Part shown: one piece after another, positions 9,965 to 19,907 of the stretch
Numbering within the stretch: position 1 is the first letter of the stretch
Layout: every line of letters begins with the position of its first letter
IMG/VR virus record: IMGVR_UViG_3300020200_000014
Coordinates: 21,059-85,058 of that record
Length of the DNA stretch: 64,000 nt
Direction: 5' to 3' (one strand)
Origin: a virus
Position numbers and translations under genes: made by a program
The notes under the pieces: generated by a model
What the model was told of the DNA's origin: nothing
The model's input: the letters and a program-made list of their open reading frames with translations, nothing else
Database searches by the model: none

Positions 9965-10484
9965 TTACTTCGATGAATTGTGTAAATCTATGGAATGGCT
10001 TGCAGATAAAAACACTCATTTCATAGGCCAGGGGGTGAAAGATGGAGGCACATTTATGTCTTCAACTTTCAAGAACATTTCAGAAGAAAAAAAAGTTGAG
10101 TTTCCAGTTGCTGAACAATTTCAATTTGGAATCTCTATTGGATGGGCTATTGCCGGACATATGTGCGTTTCGGTATTTCCAAGACACAATTTTTTATTAC
10201 TTGCAATGTCTGAAATGGTAAATTTATTAGATAATTTTCCAGAACTTACAAAAAGCGATTATATGCCCAAATTAATTATAAGAACTGCGGTGGGTACAAC
10301 AAAACCAATATATCCAGGAGTTCAACATGCAGGAAACTTTACAGAAGCATTCAAAAAATTACTTAAAAATATAAAAATTGTGGAATTAACGGCAGCGGAT
10401 CAAATATTTCCAGCTTATCAGGATGCTTATGAAAGAAATGGGACCACTTTAATTACTGAATTTGGGGATTTATATTATGCATAA
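9954..10484 (+). CDS. TPP-dependent E1 beta / transketolase pyrimidine-binding subunit
   Basis: EFPVAEQFQFGISIG, GVQH; TTG start with SD GGAG. Confidence 0.8.
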   Translation: MLSNYFDELCKSMEWLADKNTHFIGQGVKDGGTFMSSTFKNISEEKKVEFPVAEQFQFGISIGWAIAGHMCVSVFPRHNFLLLAMSEMVNLLDNFPELTKSDYMPKLIIRTAVGTTKPIYPGVQHAGNFTEAFKKLLKNIKIVELTAADQIFPAYQDAYERNGTTLITEFGDLYYA

Positions 10485-11598
10485 AATTGAATTTGGAGAA
10501 TTTAGAGCTAATGAATTATGCAAAAAAGAAGTAATGGATTGCCTGGAGAAAAATTGGGTATCGATAGGGAATAAAACAAAAGAATTTGAAGAAAAATTTG
10601 CAAAACTTTTTAATTACAAATACTGTTCGGCAGTTAATTCAGGAACAAGCGCTGGAATTGCGGCTTGCATCTCGCTTTATGATATTAAAAATGCCAAAAT
10701 GCATGATGAAGTCATTTGCCCGGCTTTATCTTTCATAGCCACAGCAAATGCAATTAGAGCAGCTTCTTTGACGCCTAAATTTGTTGATGTTGGTTACGAT
10801 ATGAATATCAACACTGATTTGATTGAAGAAGCCATTACAGAAAAAACAAGAGCTATCAAAGCAGTAAGTTTAATAGGTAAACCTCCTAAAATGGATAAAA
10901 TTGCAGAAATAGCCAAAAAATATAATTTAGCGGTAATAATTGATAATTGCGAAGGTACTGGCAACAAATATAAAGGAAGACATTGTTTAGAATATTCTGA
11001 CATTGAAACTTCATCTCATTACGTCGGGCATCTTTTAGTAGGTGCTGAAGGTGGAACTTGTTTAACGAATTGTGAAGAGATAGATAGCTTAATCAAATCC
11101 ATAAGATCACATGGCAGAAGAAGTGGACTTTATTTTGATCATCCTCGTTATGGGCTAAATCTTAAACAATCTGATATTCATTCCGCATTACTTTTAGGTA
11201 CAGTTGATAAATTTTGGGATATTTTCAACAAACGCAAAAAGAACTATTATTTTATAAGAAAAGCATTAGTTGACTTTGAAGATATTGCCTGGTTTACTGA
11301 AGAAGATGAAGGAGATACAAATTGCCCGCATGGATTTAGTATAACTTTAAAACCTAAATATAAAGATAAACTTGGGGACTTAAAAACTCATTTGTATGAA
11401 AGTTCAATTCACTGGAAAAGAAATTTTGGCAGTATCCCTGATCATGGCACTTTTGGCTATATTAATGAAAAAGAAAAGTATCCAGTAGCCACTTATATTG
11501 GTGATTATGGCATTCATGTTGGTTGTCACTATTATTTGTCAGATGATGATTTAATTTATTTGACAGATTCTATTAAGAAATTTTTCGAGAGGTTATAA
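10477..11598 (+). CDS. DegT/DnrJ/EryC1/StrS PLP-dependent enzyme
   Basis: VNSGTSA, PALSFIATANA, IDNCE, SHYVGHLLVGAEGG (His at the usual Lys position, as in 3-dehydratases), RSHG. Confidence 0.85.
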   Translation: MHKIEFGEFRANELCKKEVMDCLEKNWVSIGNKTKEFEEKFAKLFNYKYCSAVNSGTSAGIAACISLYDIKNAKMHDEVICPALSFIATANAIRAASLTPKFVDVGYDMNINTDLIEEAITEKTRAIKAVSLIGKPPKMDKIAEIAKKYNLAVIIDNCEGTGNKYKGRHCLEYSDIETSSHYVGHLLVGAEGGTCLTNCEEIDSLIKSIRSHGRRSGLYFDHPRYGLNLKQSDIHSALLLGTVDKFWDIFNKRKKNYYFIRKALVDFEDIAWFTEEDEGDTNCPHGFSITLKPKYKDKLGDLKTHLYESSIHWKRNFGSIPDHGTFGYINEKEKYPVATYIGDYGIHVGCHYYLSDDDLIYLTDSIKKFFERL

Positions 11599-13118
11599 TG
11601 CAATTAGACATCTTATTTATTCATTCAAATGCTTCGGAAGAAATATATCAAGGTCTTAGCAAAGAACATTCTGGAATTGAAACACCAATTTGGGCAGGCA
11701 TGCTAGCTCAGCATTGTCGCATGAAAGGCTATGGAGTGCAAATTCTCGATTGTGAAGCAGAAAGATTAAACTATAAAGAAGCTACTAACTTGATTGTAGA
11801 AGCTAATCCAAGAATTGCTTGTTTTGTGGTTTATGGGCAGCAACCTTCGGCGTCAAGTCAAAATATGAAAGGTGCAATTGCACTAGCCCAAGAACTTAAA
11901 AAAATTAGCCATATAAAAATACTATTTGTTGGCGGTCATGTTTCTGCATTACCATATGAAGTTTTACAAGAAGATTGTGTTGACTTGATATGCCAAAATG
12001 AAGGAATCAAAACGATAAGTAATTTGTTAATGTGTGATAACTTTAATGACACTTCTTTGCTGGAAAAAATAAAAGGACTAGGATTTAAATATAATGATGG
12101 CAAAACAACATATCATTTAAACCAAATTGATCCAATAATTCCACAAGACAAATTGCAAGAAGAACTACCAGGCATAGCATGGGACTTATTACCTTCTCCA
12201 ACAAAATACCGCACAGCAGGATGGCATTCTTGGCCTAATAATTCTATAAAAAGTCCTTTTGCATCGATTTATACTAGTCTTGGCTGTCCATTTAAATGCT
12301 TATTTTGCATGATAAACATAATTAATCGTGAAGATAATAGCCCTGACGCTACAAGCAATAAAAGCGCCAATTTCCGATATTGGGAACCAGAGTTTACAAT
12401 TAATAAATTAGATAAACTTGCAAATATGGGTATCAGGAACCTTAAAATTGCTGATGAAATGTTTATTCTTAGGGAACAACATTTTATGAAGTTGTGTGAA
12501 TTAATCAGTGAAAGAAAATACAATTTTAACATATGGTGTTATGGAAGAGTCGATTGCACTAAGCTAAAATATCTAGAAGCATTAAAGAAAGCTGGAGTTA
12601 ACTGGATTGCTCTTGGAATTGAAAGTCCTAATCAAACAGTAAGAAAAGATGTAATTAAAGGCGGTTATAAAGAAGTTAAAATAAAGGACGTTGTAAATGA
12701 AATTCGAAATGCAGGTATAAATGTTTGTGCAAATTATATTTTTGGCTTGCCAGAAGATAATTTGCAAACTATGCAAGAAACACTAGATTTTGCAATGGAT
12801 TTAAATACAGAAAATGCTAATTTTTATGCCACACAAGCTTACCCTGGAAGTCCTTTGTACTATCAAGCTAAAACAAATGGATGGAAGTTACCAGATAAAT
12901 ATGAAGGATATAGCCAACATTCTTATTGGACGCAGAATCTCCCAAGCAAGTATCTATCAGCCGCAGAGATATTAAAGTTTAGGGATCAAGCTTGGATTAA
13001 ATATTTCACCAATATAACTTATCTAAATATGTTAGAAAAAAAATTTGGTATCGCAGCAAGAAATGATGTGGAAAATTCTACAAAAATAAATCTTAAAAGA
13101 AAAATATTAAACGATTAA
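11598..13118 (+). CDS. Cobalamin-binding radical SAM enzyme
   Basis: N-terminal B12-binding-like domain (VGGHVSALP); CxxxCxxC (CPFKCLFC); GIES. Confidence 0.9.
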   Translation: MQLDILFIHSNASEEIYQGLSKEHSGIETPIWAGMLAQHCRMKGYGVQILDCEAERLNYKEATNLIVEANPRIACFVVYGQQPSASSQNMKGAIALAQELKKISHIKILFVGGHVSALPYEVLQEDCVDLICQNEGIKTISNLLMCDNFNDTSLLEKIKGLGFKYNDGKTTYHLNQIDPIIPQDKLQEELPGIAWDLLPSPTKYRTAGWHSWPNNSIKSPFASIYTSLGCPFKCLFCMINIINREDNSPDATSNKSANFRYWEPEFTINKLDKLANMGIRNLKIADEMFILREQHFMKLCELISERKYNFNIWCYGRVDCTKLKYLEALKKAGVNWIALGIESPNQTVRKDVIKGGYKEVKIKDVVNEIRNAGINVCANYIFGLPEDNLQTMQETLDFAMDLNTENANFYATQAYPGSPLYYQAKTNGWKLPDKYEGYSQHSYWTQNLPSKYLSAAEILKFRDQAWIKYFTNITYLNMLEKKFGIAARNDVENSTKINLKRKILND

Positions 13119-13840
13119 AGAAAGGATATTTCTTGAAATGAATCAGATTTCCTAATTTCCTTGTTTAGCAATTCAGTATAATGTTGAATATTTATAGTTG
13201 GATAATTGCTAATAGCAGCTACATATAAATTTATTTTATCTTTTTTTCTCAATCCGCTATGATAAGAAACATGCTGAATCATTATTTCAGACAAATCACA
13301 CACTCGATCTATCGCACTATAAATTTTAAATAATTCTATATCTGCTGACCATGCTGCAAATTGTGGAGGTATTGCGAATCCTAATGCATCTGCCCCTTTT
13401 CTAGATATTAAAGGAAAACAACTGTAATTTAGCCCACCTGCTCTTATTAATAAAGTATCACTTATAAATCCATAAACTATACCATCTGGTTTATCTGAAA
13501 GATACTTTTCTAATTTTTCAAAAGCAATTTGGTCCCATTTTGGGGTTTTAAATAAAGTGTCATCATTACATATGATAGAATACTTTCCTGTAGCAAAGTG
13601 TACATGAAGCCAATTTAAGTAATCCCTATTTAACATAGTCGTTCTAGGTCTACTATAAATTCTAACGAATGAATACTCCTTAATTTTTTCTTTAAAATTT
13701 TGGGATACAACATCATCATCATCGATTGCTACTAATAGCTCAACATTATTTAGATCGTCAGTAGTCTCTTGCACACTTTTAATTAAATTGTACAATAATT
13801 CTGTTCTTTCTCTACTTGCCAATACAATTGAGAAATTCAT
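13115..13840 (-). CDS. Glycosyltransferase family 2-like
   Basis: FSIVLASR, ICNDD, FPLI and W.AD motifs; paralog of 5684..6367. Confidence 0.8.
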   Translation of the reverse strand: MNFSIVLASRERTELLYNLIKSVQETTDDLNNVELLVAIDDDDVVSQNFKEKIKEYSFVRIYSRPRTTMLNRDYLNWLHVHFATGKYSIICNDDTLFKTPKWDQIAFEKLEKYLSDKPDGIVYGFISDTLLIRAGGLNYSCFPLISRKGADALGFAIPPQFAAWSADIELFKIYSAIDRVCDLSEIMIQHVSYHSGLRKKDKINLYVAAISNYPTINIQHYTELLNKEIRKSDSFQEISFL

Positions 13841-13857
13841 TTACATATATATTCAAT

Positions 13858-14589
13858 ATGAATATCGTTATTTTAACCGAAAAATGGTGATTTAAATGAA
13901 AATTTAGGAGACACAAGTTCTCACGCTAATATAATCGGATCAGTTAATTATTCTCAATTAGCAAGTCCTTTTTCTTTTTGATGTTTCAATAACCAATCTA
14001 TTTGTTTCTCTCTAATTCTTGGAAAATATAGATGTATCTAAAATAAGCAAATACGGTCTAAGCAAATACATCGCAGAATGCATAGTAAAAAACAGGTGTA
14101 AAAATTGGAACATCCTAAGGTTAAATGGCCCCATAGGTCCAAGAATGAAAAAAGGACCAATTTTTGATATATTAAATAACAAAAAACTATGGGTATCTGG
14201 TGAAAGTAAGATGCAATTTATACATGCAAAATTTATAATGAAATTTATAAATTTACTTATAGAAAAAGATATTAAGAATGAAATTTTTAATATAACTGGT
14301 TTTCCCCATGTAAAATTAATTGATTTATTCCCAAATATAGCTTACCCTCAATTGCCTGTGGTAAATCAAAATATTTCTGTAAAAAAAGCTAATTTAATTA
14401 TGCAAATGCCATCTTCAGAGGAATCTATAAAGGAAATTTTATGCAATTAAATTTAGGATGTGGAACCAAAAAATGCCGCTGTTGGATGTGTTCCTACATA
14501 ACCACTCCTAGGAACAGCAAAAACCCATTGGTCTAGGATAACATAATTTTATCCGCTTCTTTATAGATATGATCATAAAAAGTATTCAT
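13858..14589. pseudogene. Cluster of truncated glycan-gene fragments (incl. C-terminal half of an epimerase, 14019-14450)
   Basis: Frameshifted N-terminal stub at 13858; epimerase half with YGLSK but no Rossmann start; LNLGCG methyltransferase stub at 14441; frameshifted minus-strand stub from 14589. Confidence 0.6.
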
Positions 14590-14590
14590 A

Positions 14591-14989
14591 TTACCAGCTA
14601 ATATCCCAACCTTTAAAATCTTCAGCAAGACAATCAATTTTGTAATCTTTTCGGCCACCAACAATTTCTTGAATTTTGTTCTTTGCTGTACATCTAAGCC
14701 CATTTAAACCATGACTTAATTCTAAATTATTACCATCCTTAATGCCCTTCCTGTAATTTGCTTCATTATACCAAATATGGGAATTCATTTGAGCAACAAC
14801 TATTATAGCTCTTATTGTATTAGCATCTAACATAACATTACTCTCATCAATTATTTGTTGTATATCATGCAATACATCCTGAATTTCTTGAGCATACTGC
14901 TGTTTATGTTCTGGTATTTTACATTCTTTAAGTTGAATAATACTAAGTCTATCTATCAGTTCAGACAAGGTAGGCAAATATTTCCTCAT
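14591..14989 (-). CDS. Hypothetical helical protein of glycan islands
   Basis: LSELIDRLSI..LK and N..R...KNKI motifs recalled from phage glycan-island proteins. Confidence 0.6.
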   Translation of the reverse strand: MRKYLPTLSELIDRLSIIQLKECKIPEHKQQYAQEIQDVLHDIQQIIDESNVMLDANTIRAIIVVAQMNSHIWYNEANYRKGIKDGNNLELSHGLNGLRCTAKNKIQEIVGGRKDYKIDCLAEDFKGWDISW

Positions 14990-15897
14990 TTTAATCCTTT
15001 TAAGAATGTCTCTAAATTCTCAAGCTCAGCTGCAAAATTGCCATCTCCATCTTGGTAATTAATCCAAGTTCCCTGTTTTTTCATTTCTGCAAATATATTC
15101 TCTTCACCGCCATCTTCGCCTTCATATAAACATCTCTGCCAAGCAGGTGCTACCAAAAACACAGGAACATTAAATTTTGTAGCCAAAGAACAGTAACATG
15201 ATATTGTTCCAATCATAGCCCTAGCATGAGAAACAACATCACAATGCAATCTTACTGAATATTTATCCAGCAAATTATAAACATTTAACCTATCATATGA
15301 AAAAACTTCCTGTATTTCCTTATAATGTCCAACCTCATGTCTTTTTGAATTTCCTCCTAATAAAACCACGTTAAAACCAGCATCAACAATTAAATCAACT
15401 AGTCTATAAAAACCATCATATCCAATCTTGTCAAACCATCTACGTTCATCATCTCCAGCAAATAAGTGCAATCCTACATACGGTTGTGAAATTTCTACCA
15501 ATTTCTCTTCAGGAGATAAGAAAAATTGCATTCTCTTTTGCTCTAAAGTAGCTTTTAATTCAGGTAATTCATTCAAATAAGGCAATCCTAAAGATCGTCT
15601 TTCTAAAAAACTTTCACTATATTCAGTCCAACTATAGTTAGAAATTTCATCAAAATAAGGATTGTACTTAAACAATTCATGAGTATGATTGCAAGTTGTA
15701 CAAATAACGGCACGAACTTTAACAAAAGGATATTTTTCTTTCAAAGAAATTACATAAGGACATTCATTTTGCCAAGTGTATTTTAACCAATTACAAGCAG
15801 TTCTAGAAAGAGGTTTAGAAAAAGGAGCAGAATAACAAATAGATATGTCGCCTAACCCGGCTCTAAATGCAATATTGATTTTTTCAGGAATAATCAT
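14986..15897 (-). CDS. Glycosyltransferase family 9-like
   Basis: AGLGD N-terminus, YVGLH.FAG..RRW, MIG..S motif. Confidence 0.65.
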   Translation of the reverse strand: MIIPEKINIAFRAGLGDISICYSAPFSKPLSRTACNWLKYTWQNECPYVISLKEKYPFVKVRAVICTTCNHTHELFKYNPYFDEISNYSWTEYSESFLERRSLGLPYLNELPELKATLEQKRMQFFLSPEEKLVEISQPYVGLHLFAGDDERRWFDKIGYDGFYRLVDLIVDAGFNVVLLGGNSKRHEVGHYKEIQEVFSYDRLNVYNLLDKYSVRLHCDVVSHARAMIGTISCYCSLATKFNVPVFLVAPAWQRCLYEGEDGGEENIFAEMKKQGTWINYQDGDGNFAAELENLETFLKGLK

Positions 15898-15898
15898 T

Positions 15899-16507
15899 TT
15901 ACACTAAACCAAATAATTTCTTAGCTGCTGCTTCTATTTCTTGTGGATTTGGATTTACTGAAATTGACTGCCCATTAAAGCGATTACGAACAAAAATATA
16001 CCTCTTATCCTTACTAGGTGTTATTGATAAAGAACCATTTTTAATTCCCAATTTATTTTCTAATGTGCTAACGCTAAATGTATTTTGTCCCTGTAATTGT
16101 TGAACCTTTTGCATTACTGATGTCCACATAGCTCCGTTTTGATTAAAACCTTGTAAAACGATTTCAGGTTTTTCACCATTTATAATTCTTTGAGCATATT
16201 CGGTTATTTTACGACCCTTCATATCATGAAAAGCACCAGTCATGCCTTGAAATGCTGCATTTATATCTGCTGCTGTTTGGTTCTCCATGGGAATATCTCC
16301 AGCGGCTTTCAGTGCATCCATACCAACATTCCCCAATCCTTTTCCAACAGGTTCATTACGATTTTTCCATACAGAGCCTGCTACTTTAAAAGGAAGCTGT
16401 AAGGCTTGTTTGCCTGCATTTAATACCCCGCCCGCAGCACCAATATATTGTTTACCTATGAAATCTTGCAGACCTTCTTCTTGCAGCCATTCGTTAAATG
16501 TCTTCAT
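15899..16507 (-). CDS. Putative internal head protein (capsid-targeting N-terminus)
   Basis: Start reassigned to MKTFNEWLQEE. Confidence 0.6.
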   Translation of the reverse strand: MKTFNEWLQEEGLQDFIGKQYIGAAGGVLNAGKQALQLPFKVAGSVWKNRNEPVGKGLGNVGMDALKAAGDIPMENQTAADINAAFQGMTGAFHDMKGRKITEYAQRIINGEKPEIVLQGFNQNGAMWTSVMQKVQQLQGQNTFSVSTLENKLGIKNGSLSITPSKDKRYIFVRNRFNGQSISVNPNPQEIEAAAKKLFGLV

Positions 16508-16778
16508 GTTTATAAGCCTCTTTCTCAAAACTAATATTTCTATAAGCTTCATCAAAATTCCAGTATTTAATGAAGTTTCGCATAAATTCGCAGATGTACT
16601 GTATATAGAATCTTGTGTTGCCAATATTATTTCTTTGGGCTATATGAATTTCTTCGTGTTTTATAGTTTCTGGATCAACTTCGTTTTTAGGGTATTTAAA
16701 GTAAGTATTCCAGGGTAGAGAGATAGCGTCAAAATTTTTAAGAATTGGCAATTTGAATATCCAATGATTAAACTTCAT
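16494..16778 (-). CDS. Small HExxH (zincin-like) protein
   Basis: TIKHEEIHIAQ...AYRNISFEKEAY. Confidence 0.7.
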   Translation of the reverse strand: MKFNHWIFKLPILKNFDAISLPWNTYFKYPKNEVDPETIKHEEIHIAQRNNIGNTRFYIQYICEFMRNFIKYWNFDEAYRNISFEKEAYKHEDI

Positions 16779-16840
16779 AATGGTATGTAGTTTTAAATAA
16801 AAATATTATATTTGAATACTATATAAAATAGTATTTGGAT

Positions 16841-17620
16841 ATGTCAATACAATCAAGAACAAAAGAAGAAATATATAGGTATTTCCAAGATTGTGGTTGC
16901 ACTCTCTTAGAAGACTATAGAACTGCTACGTATAAAATGAAATATATCTGCAAATGTGGTAGAGAATCTAAAATTAGTTGGAATAAATTTTTAGGTGGGA
17001 GGCGATGTGGATTTTGTGATCCTACCGGCAGAAAAAAGAAATATTCTTTAGAAGAAGTTAAAGTCTTTTTTAGTGAAAGAGGATGCGTTTTATTGGCTGA
17101 GTCTTATGACAATAACAGATCGCCTCTTTTGTATAGATGTGTCTGCAACAATGTAGCTAAAATCTGTTTAACTGCTTTTCTGTACCAAAATCAGTTATGT
17201 ATGAAATGTGGAGCTAAAGCTAGAACAGGTAAAAATAATCATATGTGGATGGAAGACAGAGAAAAGCTTAAACTAAATTATAACTTTAGACAGAGATGCC
17301 GTCGTATCTTACAAAGAACTTTAAAAATAACTAATCAAAAAAAATATGCTACTACCAATAAATCATTAGGCTACAGTAGCAAACAATTAATGGAACATAT
17401 AACTTCTTTTGCTAATTGGGGATTAATTAGTCAGGATGTATGGCACATAGATCATATATTTCCAATAAAGGCTTTTTGTGATTTTGGCATTAAAGACATA
17501 AAAATCATTAATTGTCTTGATAATTTAAGGCCTATTTCTAAAAAAGAAAACCAACTTAAAAATGATACATATAATAAAGAGGAATTCAAAAATTGGTTAG
17601 CAAAAAAAATAGTTTTATGA
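16841..17620 (+). CDS. HNH endonuclease with N-terminal Zn-ribbon repeats
   Basis: WHIDHIFP...NLRP....N..K; repeated CxC/CxxC units. Confidence 0.8.
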   Translation: MSIQSRTKEEIYRYFQDCGCTLLEDYRTATYKMKYICKCGRESKISWNKFLGGRRCGFCDPTGRKKKYSLEEVKVFFSERGCVLLAESYDNNRSPLLYRCVCNNVAKICLTAFLYQNQLCMKCGAKARTGKNNHMWMEDREKLKLNYNFRQRCRRILQRTLKITNQKKYATTNKSLGYSSKQLMEHITSFANWGLISQDVWHIDHIFPIKAFCDFGIKDIKIINCLDNLRPISKKENQLKNDTYNKEEFKNWLAKKIVL

Positions 17621-18126
17621 GTTTTAGATCATTTCTTGAGAATGAAGAAATAGGCGAATGGCTTTTTTTCATTAATTTTAAACCAACAATTTGTGAAACC
17701 GCAGATAGCACTAGATATAGTATTGAAGTTAATTATAGAACTACGCAAGATGAAATTTTATCAGCAGGAGCGAAAATAATACTTGGCTATGTTTCTGCTG
17801 GCATTAAGCAATATGACTTTCATGTTAAGCATGTTTATGCTGAAAAACCTATTAGAATATTGATTTCTAGCCGCAATTGGGATGATGGAGAATGGACTGT
17901 GCTTGTCTCTTGGAATGACAAAGAAAAATGTTTTGTTGCGTCAAAAGGTTTCTACAATAAAGATAGGCGAACTGTTTCCATACAGAGTAGTGAGAAATGT
18001 AGTGGAGAGAATGCCGCTGAGATTACAAAACAGGTTTATAATATGATGTATGATTTGAAGGGTAAACCTGACAGACACATGGAGAAATTAAAACCTGTAA
18101 AATTAAAGCCGGGGCCTAAAAGTTGA
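17617..18126 (+). CDS. Putative virion protein (capsid-targeting-like N-terminus)
   Basis: Start reassigned to MSFRSFLENEE. Confidence 0.55.
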   Translation: MSFRSFLENEEIGEWLFFINFKPTICETADSTRYSIEVNYRTTQDEILSAGAKIILGYVSAGIKQYDFHVKHVYAEKPIRILISSRNWDDGEWTVLVSWNDKEKCFVASKGFYNKDRRTVSIQSSEKCSGENAAEITKQVYNMMYDLKGKPDRHMEKLKPVKLKPGPKS

Positions 18127-18153
18127 TATTATTCAGCAAATGGGTTGGCTTTG

Positions 18154-18360
18154 CTAAAGGTTATCAAAGCGGCAAGGAAAATTGGTAAAAATAGATTTAA
18201 GCACAGGCAATCCTTCCTTAGACATACTACCGCTTAACTTGGAAGCTTCCTCAAATGTATCATGACAAAAATCACAACCACCACCATTGCAACTAGTGTT
18301 TTTACATCTTTCGCACACTATGCAAGCACAATTACATGTCTCACACCAATACCAATCCAT
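18154..18360 (-). CDS. Small Cys-rich Zn-finger protein
   Basis: CETC..C..CERC...SC.GGGCDFC; SD GGAG. Confidence 0.65.
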   Translation of the reverse strand: MDWYWCETCNCACIVCERCKNTSCNGGGCDFCHDTFEEASKLSGSMSKEGLPVLKSIFTNFPCRFDNL

Positions 18361-18369
18361 TTAATTCTC

Positions 18370-18881
18370 CTAGTCAGCACATCTAAAAACAATAGAATAT
18401 CGTAAATCTATTGCTGGTTCTGTTGAATGTTCCCAGCTATCTCTAATTTCTCCACTAATTTGCATTAAACTTTTAGCTGGCAATGGCACTGTATAATTTA
18501 ACTTTTCTTTTCTTTTAGAGAAAATCATTTTTGTTTCACTTAAAAGACTTAAAACTGTAATTATTTGACCGCTTTCTTTGCTATCAATATGTGCTGATAT
18601 TTTTTGCCCTTCAAAATATTCATTTATAGTTACAGAAGCAGGTCTGGTTTTAACTAAGTTTTTTTCAACCAATCTATCTAAAATGAAATTAAAATACTCA
18701 GGAATAATAGAAGACACCATATTGCTTTTATAAGGCAAATCCGAACCATACCTCATTATATTATTTCTGTTTTTAGTTTTTTTATAGTCCCAGACTTTAT
18801 ATTTTTCATTAATTCTTGTTCTTCTTCAACAGTAATAAAGTCAAAAACAATAGAAAATCCTAAACTTTCAATATTTTCCAA
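18370..18881 (-). CDS. AlkB-like 2OG-Fe(II) dioxygenase, frameshifted at an A7 run
   Basis: NEY..GQ.I.AHID, HS, RYSIVFR motifs; N-terminus (TTG 18881, SD AGGAG, FDFITVEEEQEL) lies in another frame and joins at 18777-18783. Confidence 0.75.
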
Positions 18882-18890
18882 TAAAAACTC

Positions 18891-19862
18891 CTAAGAACAT
18901 TGAGCAGGCAATGAACACACAGGCAATATGTCTGAAGGCACATATGGCGCACAACACAATCCAATTTCAGGTGGAAGCGGTAAAATTTCACATTCAAGAA
19001 TTTCTCCGTTACAAATACACCGTAAAATAACTGGTTCACCTACAGCACTAGCCGTCAATGGCAAACTTATATTAATATATATCTCTTCGACTAAATCAGG
19101 ATACCTTTCAACTAGACGATCATCAGATGATATACATATAACTTGATCACTATCAGTTCGAGACGTTGCACTCAATTCAATAAGACCACTATATTGTGGA
19201 TTTGCGAAAACAATATTCGCACTAATTACAACTGTGTCTCCTACATATAAAGGACAATGATCAGTAGCAATTGATATAAAATTACCAAAATCATCAACAA
19301 AAGCATCTTGACAAACTCCACAATCATCATTATCACATAGGTTTGAATTAATTGATGCTGCATTATATGTCACAGTCATTTTTATCATACATGCATCAGG
19401 CTGCGACATATCAAGTTCGCCAAAATCTACACTGGAAGGCCACGCATCCCATAAAACACAAGTTTCAACAACATTACCACACCCATCTAACATCTCTAAT
19501 ATAATTCTGCCAAATGCACTCTGACAAGGTGGCACATTCACACTAAAAGGGTCTTTTGTTCTCATATAAATTTGAATCCATCTATATAATGAATTCAAGT
19601 CTAAACCAACTACATCATAAAAACTAAATTCTATAGGCTCATAAGTAACTTCTTGTGCAGGTATTTTATATTTTTGACCATTATAATGAACATCTACTTC
19701 ATCTATATTTATTTTTGGGCGACTACCACTAAATACATTTGAAGCCCAAAAATATTCAGTATTCGAACCACATGTGAAACTTAAACTAAATCTCCATCTA
19801 AATTTTCGCTTGAAAATTATATTTGGCCCACCAAGCGGTCCTAATCCCATATTACTAGACAT
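18891..19862 (-). CDS. Tail tube protein (gp19-like) paralog with Cys-rich C-terminal extension
   Basis: FKRKFRW, RPKI, DGCGN, WPSSVDFGELD motifs shared with 34109..34813. Confidence 0.8.
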   Translation of the reverse strand: MSSNMGLGPLGGPNIIFKRKFRWRFSLSFTCGSNTEYFWASNVFSGSRPKINIDEVDVHYNGQKYKIPAQEVTYEPIEFSFYDVVGLDLNSLYRWIQIYMRTKDPFSVNVPPCQSAFGRIILEMLDGCGNVVETCVLWDAWPSSVDFGELDMSQPDACMIKMTVTYNAASINSNLCDNDDCGVCQDAFVDDFGNFISIATDHCPLYVGDTVVISANIVFANPQYSGLIELSATSRTDSDQVICISSDDRLVERYPDLVEEIYINISLPLTASAVGEPVILRCICNGEILECEILPLPPEIGLCCAPYVPSDILPVCSLPAQCS

Positions 19863-19907
19863 AATTACCTTTAATTGATTTAATTAATATGTTGACTAAA
19901 ATATATA

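Noticed and set aside
9383-10484. Pyruvate dehydrogenase as an auxiliary metabolic gene
   Set aside because: Both subunits are short, no E2/E3 is present, and the context is nucleotide-sugar biosynthesis
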